Source: Promethearchaeia archaeon
GTDB taxonomy: Archaea; Asgardarchaeota; Lokiarchaeia; Sigyniarchaeales; SOKP01
Assembly: GCA_029856145.1 (NCBI GenBank)
Contig: JAHQWK010000004.1
Coordinates: 180,641-244,640, forward strand
DNA length: 64,000 nt
Direction of reading: 5' to 3'
This document shows, in pieces, positions 1 to 10,512 of the stretch. The notes under the pieces were generated by a model that had not been told where the DNA came from, did no database searches, and saw nothing but the letters and a program-made list of their open reading frames with translations. The translations under genes and the position numbers were made by a program. Each line of letters starts with the position of its first letter. Positions within the stretch are counted from its first letter, which is position 1.

Positions 1-128
1 TTATCAAGTTCATAATTTCCAACAAATCGGGAAGAAATCGATGAAACTAGTTTCTCAAACCTTAGTTTTCTTGTAATTGATATATCTTCTTTCACTTGTG
101 TAGTTTTATCTCTCAAATTAGACACCAT
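1..128 (-). CDS. N-terminus of a probable GAF/PAS sensor protein (runs off the window)
   Basis: ATG at 128 after GAGGAGA; MVSNLRDK...RKLRFEKLVSSISSRFVG resembles the helix preceding GAF domains in sensor kinases. Confidence 0.55.
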   Translation of the reverse strand, partial: MVSNLRDKTTQVKEDISITRKLRFEKLVSSISSRFVGNYELD

Positions 129-183
129 TTTATCTCCTCAATCTTCAACCCAAATTTGATGAAATGATTAATTTTTATTTAAC

Positions 184-1065
184 TTAATCTTCTTTCTCCT
201 TAAGATAGAGAAAAATATTAAAAAATTCAATCTCTTTATTGAAATGTGAATTTTCCATATTAATACAATCTCTTTCTAATCCAATTTTAAAATAATATGC
301 TCTATTAGTTAATTTAAAGAAGTCGTATTCATCAAAACTTTCTACAACACCTAATTTCTCTAACTCTTCTATATAGAGTTTGGCCTTTTTAGAATTGATT
401 TTAAATTTTTGAGATACATCATCGATACTATACTTTACATTAATATCGGATTTTAATATCATAGATAATTGGTTTTTCAGCTTTTGAAATTCTTCACTCT
501 TGATTGGAATTTTATTTCTTTTAATAATTAAATTTAAAATTTCTGAAATTATACAAAAGGTATTATAAAAGTTGTCTTTTGTAATAGATGTTTGATATAT
601 CTCAAAATCCTTACCTTGTGGATGTTGAATTGTAATGAACTCTTGGATAGTCTTTAATTTACTACATACATAGGCATTACTCCTAAGATCTATTTTATGT
701 AAAAAAGCAATAATATTACATGAATGAAGGTGAAGATCTTTTTTCACTTTATATATATTGATTAAAAATTTAATTATAGATTCTAATGAATTTCCAATGT
801 CAAAAACACAAATTATGATATTACTTTCACTAAATACATCTTTCCCTTTATCTGAAAACCAAGTTTCATTTTCTTGTCCTGCTAAATCAAAGACTCCTAA
901 ATCAGTATTAGATGTTGTATAAATTCTAGAGCTAATCCCTCTTGATGGTTGCAAAGGTTCTTCTAAAAGTGAAATTGGGCTCACTTGATCGAAATAGACT
1001 TTCTGGAGTGTTGTTTTTCCTACTCCAGATGGACCAACAAGAACAATTTTTTTTCTACTTATCAA
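184..1065 (-). CDS. Rag/Gtr1-like small GTPase with C-terminal winged-helix-like domain
   Basis: GPSGVGKT, DLAGQ, HKID (Rag-type G4); C-terminal SIDDVSQKFKINSKKAKLYIEELEKLG. Confidence 0.8.
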   Translation of the reverse strand: MISRKKIVLVGPSGVGKTTLQKVYFDQVSPISLLEEPLQPSRGISSRIYTTSNTDLGVFDLAGQENETWFSDKGKDVFSESNIIICVFDIGNSLESIIKFLINIYKVKKDLHLHSCNIIAFLHKIDLRSNAYVCSKLKTIQEFITIQHPQGKDFEIYQTSITKDNFYNTFCIISEILNLIIKRNKIPIKSEEFQKLKNQLSMILKSDINVKYSIDDVSQKFKINSKKAKLYIEELEKLGVVESFDEYDFFKLTNRAYYFKIGLERDCINMENSHFNKEIEFFNIFLYLKEKED

Positions 1066-1100
1066 AGGTATTAACCGATTTTTAAATAAATTTGTATTAT

Positions 1101-1784
1101 TTATTGCATGGAATTTTTTAGATATTTTTCTAGAGATATAATTATATCTTTACATGATTCTAACATCATTTCTATAAAATTTATTAAATTCTCATTTGAT
1201 AGACTTTTATTTTCCTTTTTATCTTCTAAAATTAAATCACAAAATCCTTGAATTGTATTAATACCACTACGAATTTGTAGATTAAATCTTTCTAATGGAA
1301 GAATTTCATTTTTTTTTATATAGATATAGCTTAATTCTTTAAAAAAACTCTCAAATACATTTTTATCATCTGATAATATTTTATCTTCACCAATTTTACG
1401 AAACATCATTTCAATTTTTCTAAAATGTATTATAGGAATTAAAGGATATTCGATATCACGAAGTAAAATGATAGAATATAATTGCTTTCCACCTCGAGCA
1501 TTATTATCTTCGACTTCGATTTTATAGATTTGAGAATAGAAATAATTAAAATCTAAAATTACAAATTGATTTTTTGTATTTAAAGCATCTCTTAGAAGAT
1601 TTCTAATAAAATGTTTCTGTCTTTCAATATTGACTGACGTGTATATAGCTCTTGGTCCTAGGGTATGATCATATTTACCAATAATTATTATGAAAGGATT
1701 TTTTTCTAAAATTGATTGAAAATTCTTATAAGTATCCGAAATTTCATTTTCTATGGATTCTTTTGTTAAATTTTTTTCTATCAT
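1101..1784 (-). CDS. uDENN/longin-like protein with a C-terminal HisKA-like helix pair lacking the His
   Basis: IIIIGKYDHTLGPRAIY resembles the uDENN/longin FDxxxGP motif; NLQIRSGINTIQGFCDLIL resembles an H-box without histidine. Confidence 0.55.
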   Translation of the reverse strand: MIEKNLTKESIENEISDTYKNFQSILEKNPFIIIIGKYDHTLGPRAIYTSVNIERQKHFIRNLLRDALNTKNQFVILDFNYFYSQIYKIEVEDNNARGGKQLYSIILLRDIEYPLIPIIHFRKIEMMFRKIGEDKILSDDKNVFESFFKELSYIYIKKNEILPLERFNLQIRSGINTIQGFCDLILEDKKENKSLSNENLINFIEMMLESCKDIIISLEKYLKNSMQ

Positions 1785-2018
1785 AAAATTTCCTCATTTC
1801 TGAATAAATATTTCTTATCTATATCATTTTCAGAATAATACAATAGAGATTTTTGAATTAAAATTTTAAATTAATATACACTAAAATAGATACTAATTTG
1901 GTATAATAGTAACAAATTTTATTTATTAATTTATTTATTTTACTAAATAATTATTATTCAGTACAAAAAAATGATAATTTAGTAAAAATTTATAAAACAA
2001 TAAAATTATTAGTAAAAT

Positions 2019-3518
2019 ATGTCAGAATCTGCAAAAACAATCATAAAATATTTCTGTGATCGATTTCTTGACTTAGATTATTATCCAACTAATTTAAAAA
2101 CCATATTAGATTTGGAATTAGATAAATTACGAAGTATAAAAGATGATGAAATAGAGAAATTTAAAAAAATCGATATCGTGAGTCTACGCGACCTTACTAA
2201 ACTAGAGGATTATGGATTTGAAAATTTGATTGAAAAACTGCATATTGAAAAATCAACTATAAAAAATGCTCTTATCGCATCAACTCTTATATCTAACGCT
2301 TGGAATAAAAGGAATTTATATCTGAAAAAACAAAAATTGAAGGTTGTAGTGGCTGGTCTTGATTTCGCGGGTAAAACATCTCTCATAAATAGATTGATTA
2401 ATGATTATAATTATAATGATATGGCTAATCTAGAACCCACAATAGGAGCAAATGTAGAGGAATATCAATCTGATAAATTAGATTTAATTCTCTGGGACCT
2501 TGGAGGACAGAAAGATCATGTAGACGAATATCTTGCTTCTCCAGAAAGTTTTTTTATAAACGTAGATATCATGATATTTGTAATTGATTCACAAGATGAT
2601 GTTAGATATTTAGAAGCTGTAAACTTTTTGAATGATATAATTGATATTCTCAAATTCTTGAAAGAGAATCCTTTTATTGTAGTTTTATTGAATAAAGCAG
2701 ATTTAGATATCAGAAAAGATCCTGATTTTCAAATTAAGCTTGAATATCTAGCAGATAAAATTTCAGAGATTTTTAAAAAATCTGAAAATCCTTGGAATTT
2801 TGAGATCATTCCCACAAGTATTTATAATTATTATTCTAATCAACCAGAAATAGTTAAAAGTATTAAAAATATCTTTTCAAAAGGAAAAGAGGAGACAGAT
2901 AAAGAGATTGTGATACCTGACATTGAAGAAAAATTTCAGAAAATTTTAGATCTTAATCTGAAATTGATGGATAAATTCGTATCTGAGCTTGCGGAAATTA
3001 AACGAGCTTTACTACGATTAAATCCATCAGATATAACTCAATCTCTTTTTTCAGTTCCTTTCAAAAAAGTACAACCAGATTATATATCTCCAGACTTAAA
3101 ATCAAATGGAAAAAGTAAAAAAAAGAAGAAGAAAGCTAAAATTGATGAATTTCAAAAAAAGAAAAAAACTAAAAAAGGTTCAGGACCTCCAAAACCACTG
3201 CCAACACACCCTTCTTTAAAAATAGAAGAAGAAAAAATAGTTAAAAACGAAAAACTCACAACTAAGAAATTAGAAAAAGTTAAATCTTCTTTAAAATCAA
3301 AATCTCAATTATCTAAGATGTCATCTAGTCCACCAACAGCTCCACTAACAACACCTAAACAGGATGAAATCAACTTAAATTCGCTTAAACCTCCACCTCC
3401 CCCTCCAAGAATTTCAACAAGTGGCAATATTAGATCAACCTCACCTAGAGGTGAAGTCCTTTCAGAATTAAAAGAAATGTTCTTGAAGCGAGGCTTAGTC
3501 AATCGTTATGACTTCTAA
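2019..3518 (+). CDS. Arf-like GTPase with N-terminal HhH-like region and Lys-rich, polyproline C-terminal tail
   Basis: GLDFAGKTS, PTIG, WDLGGQ, NKAD; PPPPPP near the C-terminus. Confidence 0.8.
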   Translation: MSESAKTIIKYFCDRFLDLDYYPTNLKTILDLELDKLRSIKDDEIEKFKKIDIVSLRDLTKLEDYGFENLIEKLHIEKSTIKNALIASTLISNAWNKRNLYLKKQKLKVVVAGLDFAGKTSLINRLINDYNYNDMANLEPTIGANVEEYQSDKLDLILWDLGGQKDHVDEYLASPESFFINVDIMIFVIDSQDDVRYLEAVNFLNDIIDILKFLKENPFIVVLLNKADLDIRKDPDFQIKLEYLADKISEIFKKSENPWNFEIIPTSIYNYYSNQPEIVKSIKNIFSKGKEETDKEIVIPDIEEKFQKILDLNLKLMDKFVSELAEIKRALLRLNPSDITQSLFSVPFKKVQPDYISPDLKSNGKSKKKKKKAKIDEFQKKKKTKKGSGPPKPLPTHPSLKIEEEKIVKNEKLTTKKLEKVKSSLKSKSQLSKMSSSPPTAPLTTPKQDEINLNSLKPPPPPPRISTSGNIRSTSPRGEVLSELKEMFLKRGLVNRYDF

Positions 3519-3723
3519 TTAAGTTTATTGATTAAAATAGCTGTATAAGATTTATGTCTTATCTTAATACTAACAATGAAATTTCTCACAATCAGAGATA
3601 TGATATTTATAATTCTTTAGAATTATTTGATCAATTTTAAATATTTATTAGTGTAAAATTCAACTAAAGAATAGAATAAAAAAATGAATTATTGGATAAT
3701 TTTCTAATCAAAGGTGAAAGTTC

Positions 3724-4587
3724 ATGTCGAATAGTGACAAAAAAACAAAGGAAATGGAACAATATGAGCAAGAGACTGGAAAACAAGCAATTTGGCAGGG
3801 AAAAACCACTAAGGGATTCCTAAGATGGAAAAAAGGTGAAAAAAATTATTATGCTGATAAAAAAAGAATTTCCGTTTATGTATCAAGTGAAACTGAAAGG
3901 AATTGGAAGGAATATATTAACACACATAAAATTACTTCATTTTCTAAACTAATTAGAGAAAGCGTTAATTATTATATTAAAGAAAGATCTAAATTTGGTG
4001 GAAATTTATTTCCGGATTTAGAAACTAGTACTAAATCTAAAATGACTCACACTTTGAAAGAAAAGCTAACAACGATAAAAGGATTTTCGCAATTATTACT
4101 TGAAAAATATAGTGGGAATTTAAATGATGAAATAAAAACGATTATTAATAATGTCTTGAAGGAAACTAAACAATTGGAAAATAAATTCATAGTTCAATTA
4201 GAAGAAAAAGAATTTAAACCTTCACAATATGATATTTTACTCATTGAAGATAATTTGTCTACTATAGATTTATTGAAAAATTATTTTGAAAGCAAGGGGT
4301 ATTCTTTTAAAGGAGTATTAACAGGTTTGGAAGGAATTGAAGAACTATCCTCGTCTACTCCAAAATTAATATTGCTGGATATAATTTTACCAGATGTTAG
4401 TGGATATGATATTTGTAAGGACATAAAATCTAATATGAATTTAAAAGAAATACCTGTATTTTACTTAACTGCTTTACCCGGTATTAACGTAGAGAATAAA
4501 ATAGAAGAAACAATGGCAGATGGTTTTATTTTAAAACCTTTTGATTTACTAGATTTAGAATTTTTATTTGATTATCTCCAAACTTAG
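3724..4587 (+). CDS. Response regulator: short N-terminal motif, RHH-like, HisKA-like and receiver domains
   Basis: ILLIEDN, LLDIILPDVSG, LTA, KPF; RISVYVS..SKLIRESV; THTLKEKLTTIKGF. Confidence 0.8.
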   Translation: MSNSDKKTKEMEQYEQETGKQAIWQGKTTKGFLRWKKGEKNYYADKKRISVYVSSETERNWKEYINTHKITSFSKLIRESVNYYIKERSKFGGNLFPDLETSTKSKMTHTLKEKLTTIKGFSQLLLEKYSGNLNDEIKTIINNVLKETKQLENKFIVQLEEKEFKPSQYDILLIEDNLSTIDLLKNYFESKGYSFKGVLTGLEGIEELSSSTPKLILLDIILPDVSGYDICKDIKSNMNLKEIPVFYLTALPGINVENKIEETMADGFILKPFDLLDLEFLFDYLQT

Positions 4588-4637
4588 CACAAATAGCATT
4601 TAAGTCAATTAATTACTTGTTTTAAACATAGTTGTCA

Positions 4638-4950
4638 TTACTTATAATTGGAAGTGAAATTTAAATCTAATTCTCCAACCACATTTGAGATATTATTTAT
4701 TATATATTGATATCTCATTTCGGAATCATGTAATACATTTTCAATTTCAGTCAATTTTTATACAACCCTTTTAATTTTTAAGAAGATTAGTAAATTAAGA
4801 ATTAAATCGTCTTTTTTTTAGTAATTTACGTTATTTTTAATCCTAATCTTTTACCCAATTTTGAAGTAAGTTAACTTTTTATTTAATAAATTCGATGATA
4901 ATGTTGAAACTAGATCATAGGCATATTTTTTTGCACTACTAAACTTGATT
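4638..4950 (-). pseudogene. Relic of a GTPase C-terminus followed by the start of a PAS gene
   Basis: LTYFKIG*...LNLLIFLK resembles YYFKIG...FNIFLYLK of 184-1065; 4638-4754 reads MTEIENVLHDSEMRYQYIINNISNVVGELDLN and stops after 38 aa. Confidence 0.5.
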
Positions 4951-5123
4951 TAGGTAACCTTAAAAATAAAAAATTTTATCTCTAGTGTAAATATTAAAAA
5001 ATTTTGCATCTGATTCAACTTGATAATAATCACTATAATTTCGAGAATTTCAAAGTGTAATCGATCATACTTTATTATGTAAAGTGTTACGCAATTATTA
5101 AAAGAAAAGAGTATGAATTTAAC

Positions 5124-6074
5124 ATGCCGGAAAAAATAACTTTGATAGGAAGAGCGGGGGTTGGAAAAACAAGTATACTTAGAGTATTATTCGAAGGAGA
5201 ATATTCTAAAGATCTTATGATTAATCCGCTTGAACCTACACGTGGTATAATACCTAAGATTTATTCATGGATGGACATAGAATTAAGTATTTTTGACACT
5301 TCCGGACAAGAATTACCATTTCTGTTAGAGGATGAGAATGAACAGATGATCGCCTTTGATAAGGTTGCTATTGTTATCTACATCTTTGATTATCCAAATT
5401 GGATAAATCAATCTCAAGATATTGTTAATGAAATAAACATGGTATTCAAAATATTAAAACTTAAAAATATTGAAAATAATCTTGTATTAATCTTTCATAA
5501 GATTGATTTAATAAAACAAAAAGCTAGTGTTAATTACCAGTTAATGAAAAGTGGAATTAAAGAACGATTAAATCTCCCAAAAAATATACCTCTTTACCTT
5601 ACAAGTATATCTCCAGAATTAGATTTCACATCATATAATGCTTTTTCTGAGATATTGAGTAGTTTATCACAAGATTCCAATAATTTAAAGTTAATTGTTG
5701 ATGAAAAGATCAGGTTTCTCTCAGAATCGATCTGTTTTATTACTAATAAAGAGAATTTTATAATAGTTCAATCAATTACACAAGATTTCAATACAGATTT
5801 AATTTATAAATTATATATTTTGGTTTCCTATTATGTAAAATCTATTTCTACAAATAGTGATTTTGAAAATGTTATTCATTCAATTGATTCAACGACCCTT
5901 ACTTTAAGCTTAATTGTTAGTAATCTTGAAAATTTAAATCCAAATCTTAAAAACTTAGTTTTAATATCGGATACTAATAACAAAGATGATTTATTCAAGG
6001 TAAAGGAAAATATAAAGTTAGAGATTGAAAAATATTATGATTCTGCTGATAATAAAAATATCAAAAAGAAATAA
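5124..6074 (+). CDS. Rag/Gtr1-like GTPase with Roadblock-like C-terminal domain
   Basis: GRAGVGKTS, PTRG, DTSGQ, HKID, TSI. Confidence 0.8.
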   Translation: MPEKITLIGRAGVGKTSILRVLFEGEYSKDLMINPLEPTRGIIPKIYSWMDIELSIFDTSGQELPFLLEDENEQMIAFDKVAIVIYIFDYPNWINQSQDIVNEINMVFKILKLKNIENNLVLIFHKIDLIKQKASVNYQLMKSGIKERLNLPKNIPLYLTSISPELDFTSYNAFSEILSSLSQDSNNLKLIVDEKIRFLSESICFITNKENFIIVQSITQDFNTDLIYKLYILVSYYVKSISTNSDFENVIHSIDSTTLTLSLIVSNLENLNPNLKNLVLISDTNNKDDLFKVKENIKLEIEKYYDSADNKNIKKK

Positions 6075-6173
6075 CAACTGAAAATCACTATATTTTCTTA
6101 GGTAATTTCTATTCTAATTCTGAAAATTGTTAAGGAATATTAAACATAATATATTTCTATTAAGATCCTTCAT

Positions 6174-6467
6174 TTAAGTGTAAATATGTGAAAAAGTCTC
6201 TACAGTTTTTACAATATCTGTAGCTAAATAATTTTACTTAAACACTGAAGCAAAGAAAGCACGATCTCTTGGGTTGAAATAATTATACCCAAACTTTTTC
6301 CATTCAATACTGACTTGTAAAGGGGCAAAAAGAGAAATCTGATCTTTCATTAAATTCATCAATAATAAGTTTCTCTCTTGCAGAGTATTATTAGATATAG
6401 TATTTAATAAAATACATTCACTAAAAAAATCCCAAGAATCCTTAAATTGAATACAGAATTTTTATAT
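6174..6467 (-). pseudogene. Diverged copy of the 3' end of the amidohydrolase gene (8934-9227)
   Basis: Ungapped alignment at offset 2760; ...WKKFGYNYFNPRDRAFFASVFK*NYLATD...FSHIYT* with an internal stop. Confidence 0.9.
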
Positions 6468-6565
6468 AGAAGGAAGGAGAAAAGGATTATTATTATATTG
6501 ATAATAAAAGAAATTCTGGCTCTGTATCAAGTGAAACTGAAAAGAATTGGTAGAAATTTATGAAT
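6467..6565 (+). pseudogene. Decayed fragment of the response regulator gene (3826-3921)
   Basis: Shares TGTATCAAGTGAAACTGAAA exactly; frame carries two TAG stops. Confidence 0.8.
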
Positions 6566-6570
6566 TATTT

Positions 6571-8124
6571 TTATTGTCCCTTTATATCATCATCTATATT
6601 CTTTATAATTGGTAGTGAAAAATGGAATATACTTCCTTTATTTTTACCTTTTGATTCAACCCATATCTTCCCTCCATGTAAATCTATAATCTCTTTTGAG
6701 AAATATAGCCCTAATCCAATCCCATCAGAAATTATGTCCCAACCTTTTCCATATCTCTCAATCTTTCCAAACGGTCTAAATAATTGTTCTATTTCTTTTT
6801 TCTGTAAACCTATTCCATTATCTTTAATAGAGATTATTATAGATTTTTTATTGATTCGAGATTGAATAGTAATATTACCTTCTTTAGGTGTAAATTTAAT
6901 TGCATTCTGTAAGAGATTTATAAATACGCTATAAATTTTATTTTTATCAAAATCTATAAATAGTTTATCATGAATATCTATAATTAATGTGTGTTTTCTT
7001 AATTTAATCAATCCCTCCATCTCTGCTATACTCTCTTTAATTAAATCATGTAGATTTTCCCGATTTAAATTTAATTCTATTAACTGCCTATCTAACATTA
7101 TACATTCTATGAAATGATCTATAAGTAATTTCAGCTTATCTGCTCCTTTATCGATCTTCTTCAAAGATGATATTGTATCATTATCTAGATTTTTCCTAGT
7201 CTCTGTTAGTAAAAATTTAGAAAATCCCTTAATAGATATGAGAGGTGTTTTGAACTCATGTGAAAACCTTGTTAATAAATTTGATTTCATTTCTTCCATC
7301 TCTTTTCTTTCAGTAATATCTTGCACCCATAATCTTAGAGTCGCCAAAGATCCATCATCTTGATAATGAGGTAAGATTTTTCCTGATAACCAAATAATTC
7401 TCCCTTCTTTGTTAATTATTTTAAACTCTATATTTCTTTCATCAAATAATTTTTTAATATTATGAATATCTTCTGGATATACCGCTTTATAAAAAACTCC
7501 TTCATTTTTTAGTTCTTCTTGGGTATAACCAATAATCTCTAACAATCTAGGATTAATATAAATAACTCCTCCTTTTGTAGAATCAATCTCCAATAACCCC
7601 ATTGAAGATGTTTCGATTAAATTCCGATATTTTTTTTCCGATTCTTTTAATTTTTGCTCGGCTTTCTTATGTTCGGTAATGTCTCTTAAGAATCCTTTAT
7701 ATCCGATTTTTTCTCCCTTAATATTGTATCTTAAATAATCAGAGGAATCAACAAATAATTTTTTCCCATTCTTTGTGATAATTTCATATTCACCTGAATT
7801 AAATCCTTTTCCTGCTTTATATAGGTTGTTAAACCCACTTAATACTTTCTTTCTAGTTTCTTCATCGTATAATTGACTATATTTCATATTCATTAAGTCT
7901 TCATTTGTATAACCAGTACACTCTCGTATTACGTTATTGCAATAAGTAAAATTACCTTTAAGATCAAGTTCAAAATAACCATCCTTAAGAATTTCTATTA
8001 TATTCTTATATTTTTCTTCTAATTTTTTAATGGATTCTTCTAATTCTTTTATTTGTATAAGTAAATAATTGCTATCCCTTTCATATTCGTTCTTATTTTT
8101 TTCTAAATCTTGTTTAAAATGAAT
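6571..8124 (-). CDS. PAS-PAS histidine kinase
   Basis: SHEFKTPL, NLLQNAIKF, DNGIG, GIGLGL; frame open 77 codons upstream of the listed ATG (7893) to an ATT at 8124 after GAGGT, which completes the first PAS domain. Confidence 0.9.
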   Translation of the reverse strand: MHFKQDLEKNKNEYERDSNYLLIQIKELEESIKKLEEKYKNIIEILKDGYFELDLKGNFTYCNNVIRECTGYTNEDLMNMKYSQLYDEETRKKVLSGFNNLYKAGKGFNSGEYEIITKNGKKLFVDSSDYLRYNIKGEKIGYKGFLRDITEHKKAEQKLKESEKKYRNLIETSSMGLLEIDSTKGGVIYINPRLLEIIGYTQEELKNEGVFYKAVYPEDIHNIKKLFDERNIEFKIINKEGRIIWLSGKILPHYQDDGSLATLRLWVQDITERKEMEEMKSNLLTRFSHEFKTPLISIKGFSKFLLTETRKNLDNDTISSLKKIDKGADKLKLLIDHFIECIMLDRQLIELNLNRENLHDLIKESIAEMEGLIKLRKHTLIIDIHDKLFIDFDKNKIYSVFINLLQNAIKFTPKEGNITIQSRINKKSIIISIKDNGIGLQKKEIEQLFRPFGKIERYGKGWDIISDGIGLGLYFSKEIIDLHGGKIWVESKGKNKGSIFHFSLPIIKNIDDDIKGQ

Positions 8125-8933
8125 TTTTTTTTACCTCTTTAGATTCTAATTAAATAGGATTCATATGAATTTTTATAAAGAATCCAATTCATAACTAATA
8201 TATTTAGATTTCCATGTTTTGAAAATCCAAGATTTTTCTCAGTGAAATTTAAGTAAGGAACTTGTAAAACAATTAAAACCATTTTTAATTATTAGAGTAA
8301 TCATTTATCCTGCCTAACTCTATTTTTTTACTGCTTCAGCTAATTGTTATAAGCTACCCTATTTTGAGAACTTTTATTGTAATATCAAAACTTTGAGATA
8401 AATACGTTACCAGTTTCACTTATAAATATTTCCATTAAAGAGTAAAACAATGAGTAGAAGCTTTCTTTTCAACAAATTCAAATTATGGATAGTATAAAAA
8501 ACCACGATTTTTTAATTTTGCTTGTCATTGACAAAAAAGTCAATCGAGGAAAAAGATATTATAATTTAAAGACTAGTAAATCTATAACTCATTTATCCAG
8601 GGGTAAAATCTTATTAAAGATTTTTATAAATAGAAGGGATAATTCAGAAAATATATAACTATACCATTTAGTAAATAATCGTTTCACCTTTGAAGACTGC
8701 TTCTCCTTTAAACTCTTGGCTTCTATTTTATTTTTATGATTCCGCTTATTTATTTTCATATTACTGTCTTTCTGTTAATCTATTGATCTTTAAAGGCGTT
8801 AAGGAATACAAAATCCTTTTAAAAGTTCTTCTATAATACTAATTTTTGCCTATTGCTTGTAGAAAGCTCAATTAAAGGATTAGACTTAGAAATAATTCTG
8901 ATTTTTTATAGATTTACTGTGAGTATTTACAGA

Positions 8934-10481
8934 TTATGTATAAATATGTGAAAAAGTATCTACTGTTTTTAAAACATCTGTAGCTAAATAATTCTGCTTA
9001 AACACCGAAGCAAAAAAAGCGCGATCTTCAGGGTTGAAGTAATTATAACCAAATTTTTTCCATTCAATACTAGAATGTAAGGGAGCAAAAAGAGTTATTT
9101 GATCTTTCACCAGATTCATTAATAATAAATTTCTTTCTTGTTTGGTTTTATTTGTCAACGTAGTTAATAAGATATCCTCATTAAAAGTGTCCCAAGTATC
9201 TTTAAATTGTAAACAAAACCTTTTAATGTCGATTTTATTTTCAACAATTAACCTTGCTAAAGCCATTATAGATGTCTCATAAGTACTCATCTTATTTTGA
9301 TGAAATTGAGGGTTTGAAATAATTATGCTTGGTACAGACTTTGCTTCTTTTTGATTTTGAGACACATTATACTCTGGTAAAATTCTTAACTGGTTTAATC
9401 CAAGTATATTTCTAACATCTGCAATTTTTCCCCCTGTATCAAAGAACTGCTTATTAATAATATATACCATTAATTTTTGAGCATGAACATCACCAAAATA
9501 TGGGTAATCTGAAGCATAGAGGAGATATTCAGACCAATCTCGATTATCTACACTCTTTTTGTTATTAGATTGAAACCATTTGCGAAAACTTTCAAAAAAA
9601 TTCCCAGCACCCGCACCATGCAACATTGAAAGATCTCCATATGTGTTTGGCTGGACAATAGTATTGTATACTTCGTAATCATCAATGTTTCCTTGAGCAA
9701 AATGGGCAATTATCACTTTAAAATGAGGTAATAAATCAGGATATTTAGATTGAATTACATTTCTTGCAGATCTAATTAATTTTCCAATTTCTAAAATCGA
9801 ACCCCGACCTCTTGTATCAAAAATAACTGGTAAGGAATAGCTAGCAGCTTCAATAAGAACATTTATTACCTTTTCAGAAGTCATTTTGTCAATATATCCC
9901 TCTGACCTAGGATGCAATTTTAAACCTCGAAGTCCTAGTGTCTCTCTTATATATTTCACTTCATTTACAGCTTTTTGTCCTTCCATTGGATCACAGCGAC
10001 CATAACCAATTAATTTCATAGAAAATGGAAATCTAGTTGTAAAACGTGAAACATTTATGTTACTTGCTCTATACAATGCTTCTGGCATTTTCGCCCTAAA
10101 AATGTCTTGAAAGGGGAAACACACCCCCATATCTATGAAAGAATAAAATTTGGATTTCTCTTTTAAATCGGAAAATCTTTTTCCTAACTTTTCAAGCTCA
10201 CTATAGAGCCTGATTGTAAAAGGAAAGGGTGTAAAAGACCACGAAATTTTTGTAAATTTTCCATCCATCGTAGTTGTAAAAGACTGTTCTCCAGTCTTTT
10301 CCCAATCACTTTTTATTCTACCTTGTACATTACCCCAAAAATCGAACGTCCCAACTCCTGGAGCTAAAGGGTTCATCATCGTTGCCCCATCTACATCTTG
10401 ACCAAGATGAGAATGAGCATCAATTACAAGTAAATGTTCTACTCTTTTTTTTCCATCTTGTTCTATAGTACATGTTAACAT
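8934..10481 (-). CDS. Amidohydrolase-family metallohydrolase with C-terminal extension
   Basis: IDAHSHLG, GLKLHP, IIAH, YASDYPY. Confidence 0.8.
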   Translation of the reverse strand: MLTCTIEQDGKKRVEHLLVIDAHSHLGQDVDGATMMNPLAPGVGTFDFWGNVQGRIKSDWEKTGEQSFTTTMDGKFTKISWSFTPFPFTIRLYSELEKLGKRFSDLKEKSKFYSFIDMGVCFPFQDIFRAKMPEALYRASNINVSRFTTRFPFSMKLIGYGRCDPMEGQKAVNEVKYIRETLGLRGLKLHPRSEGYIDKMTSEKVINVLIEAASYSLPVIFDTRGRGSILEIGKLIRSARNVIQSKYPDLLPHFKVIIAHFAQGNIDDYEVYNTIVQPNTYGDLSMLHGAGAGNFFESFRKWFQSNNKKSVDNRDWSEYLLYASDYPYFGDVHAQKLMVYIINKQFFDTGGKIADVRNILGLNQLRILPEYNVSQNQKEAKSVPSIIISNPQFHQNKMSTYETSIMALARLIVENKIDIKRFCLQFKDTWDTFNEDILLTTLTNKTKQERNLLLMNLVKDQITLFAPLHSSIEWKKFGYNYFNPEDRAFFASVFKQNYLATDVLKTVDTFSHIYT

Positions 10482-10512
10482 TAATTTATCCTCCAGTTTT
10501 TAATAATGGTAA

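Noticed and set aside
8589-8759. 56-aa basic ORF on the minus strand in the long spacer
   Set aside because: No SD or motif; plausible by chance in AT-rich DNA
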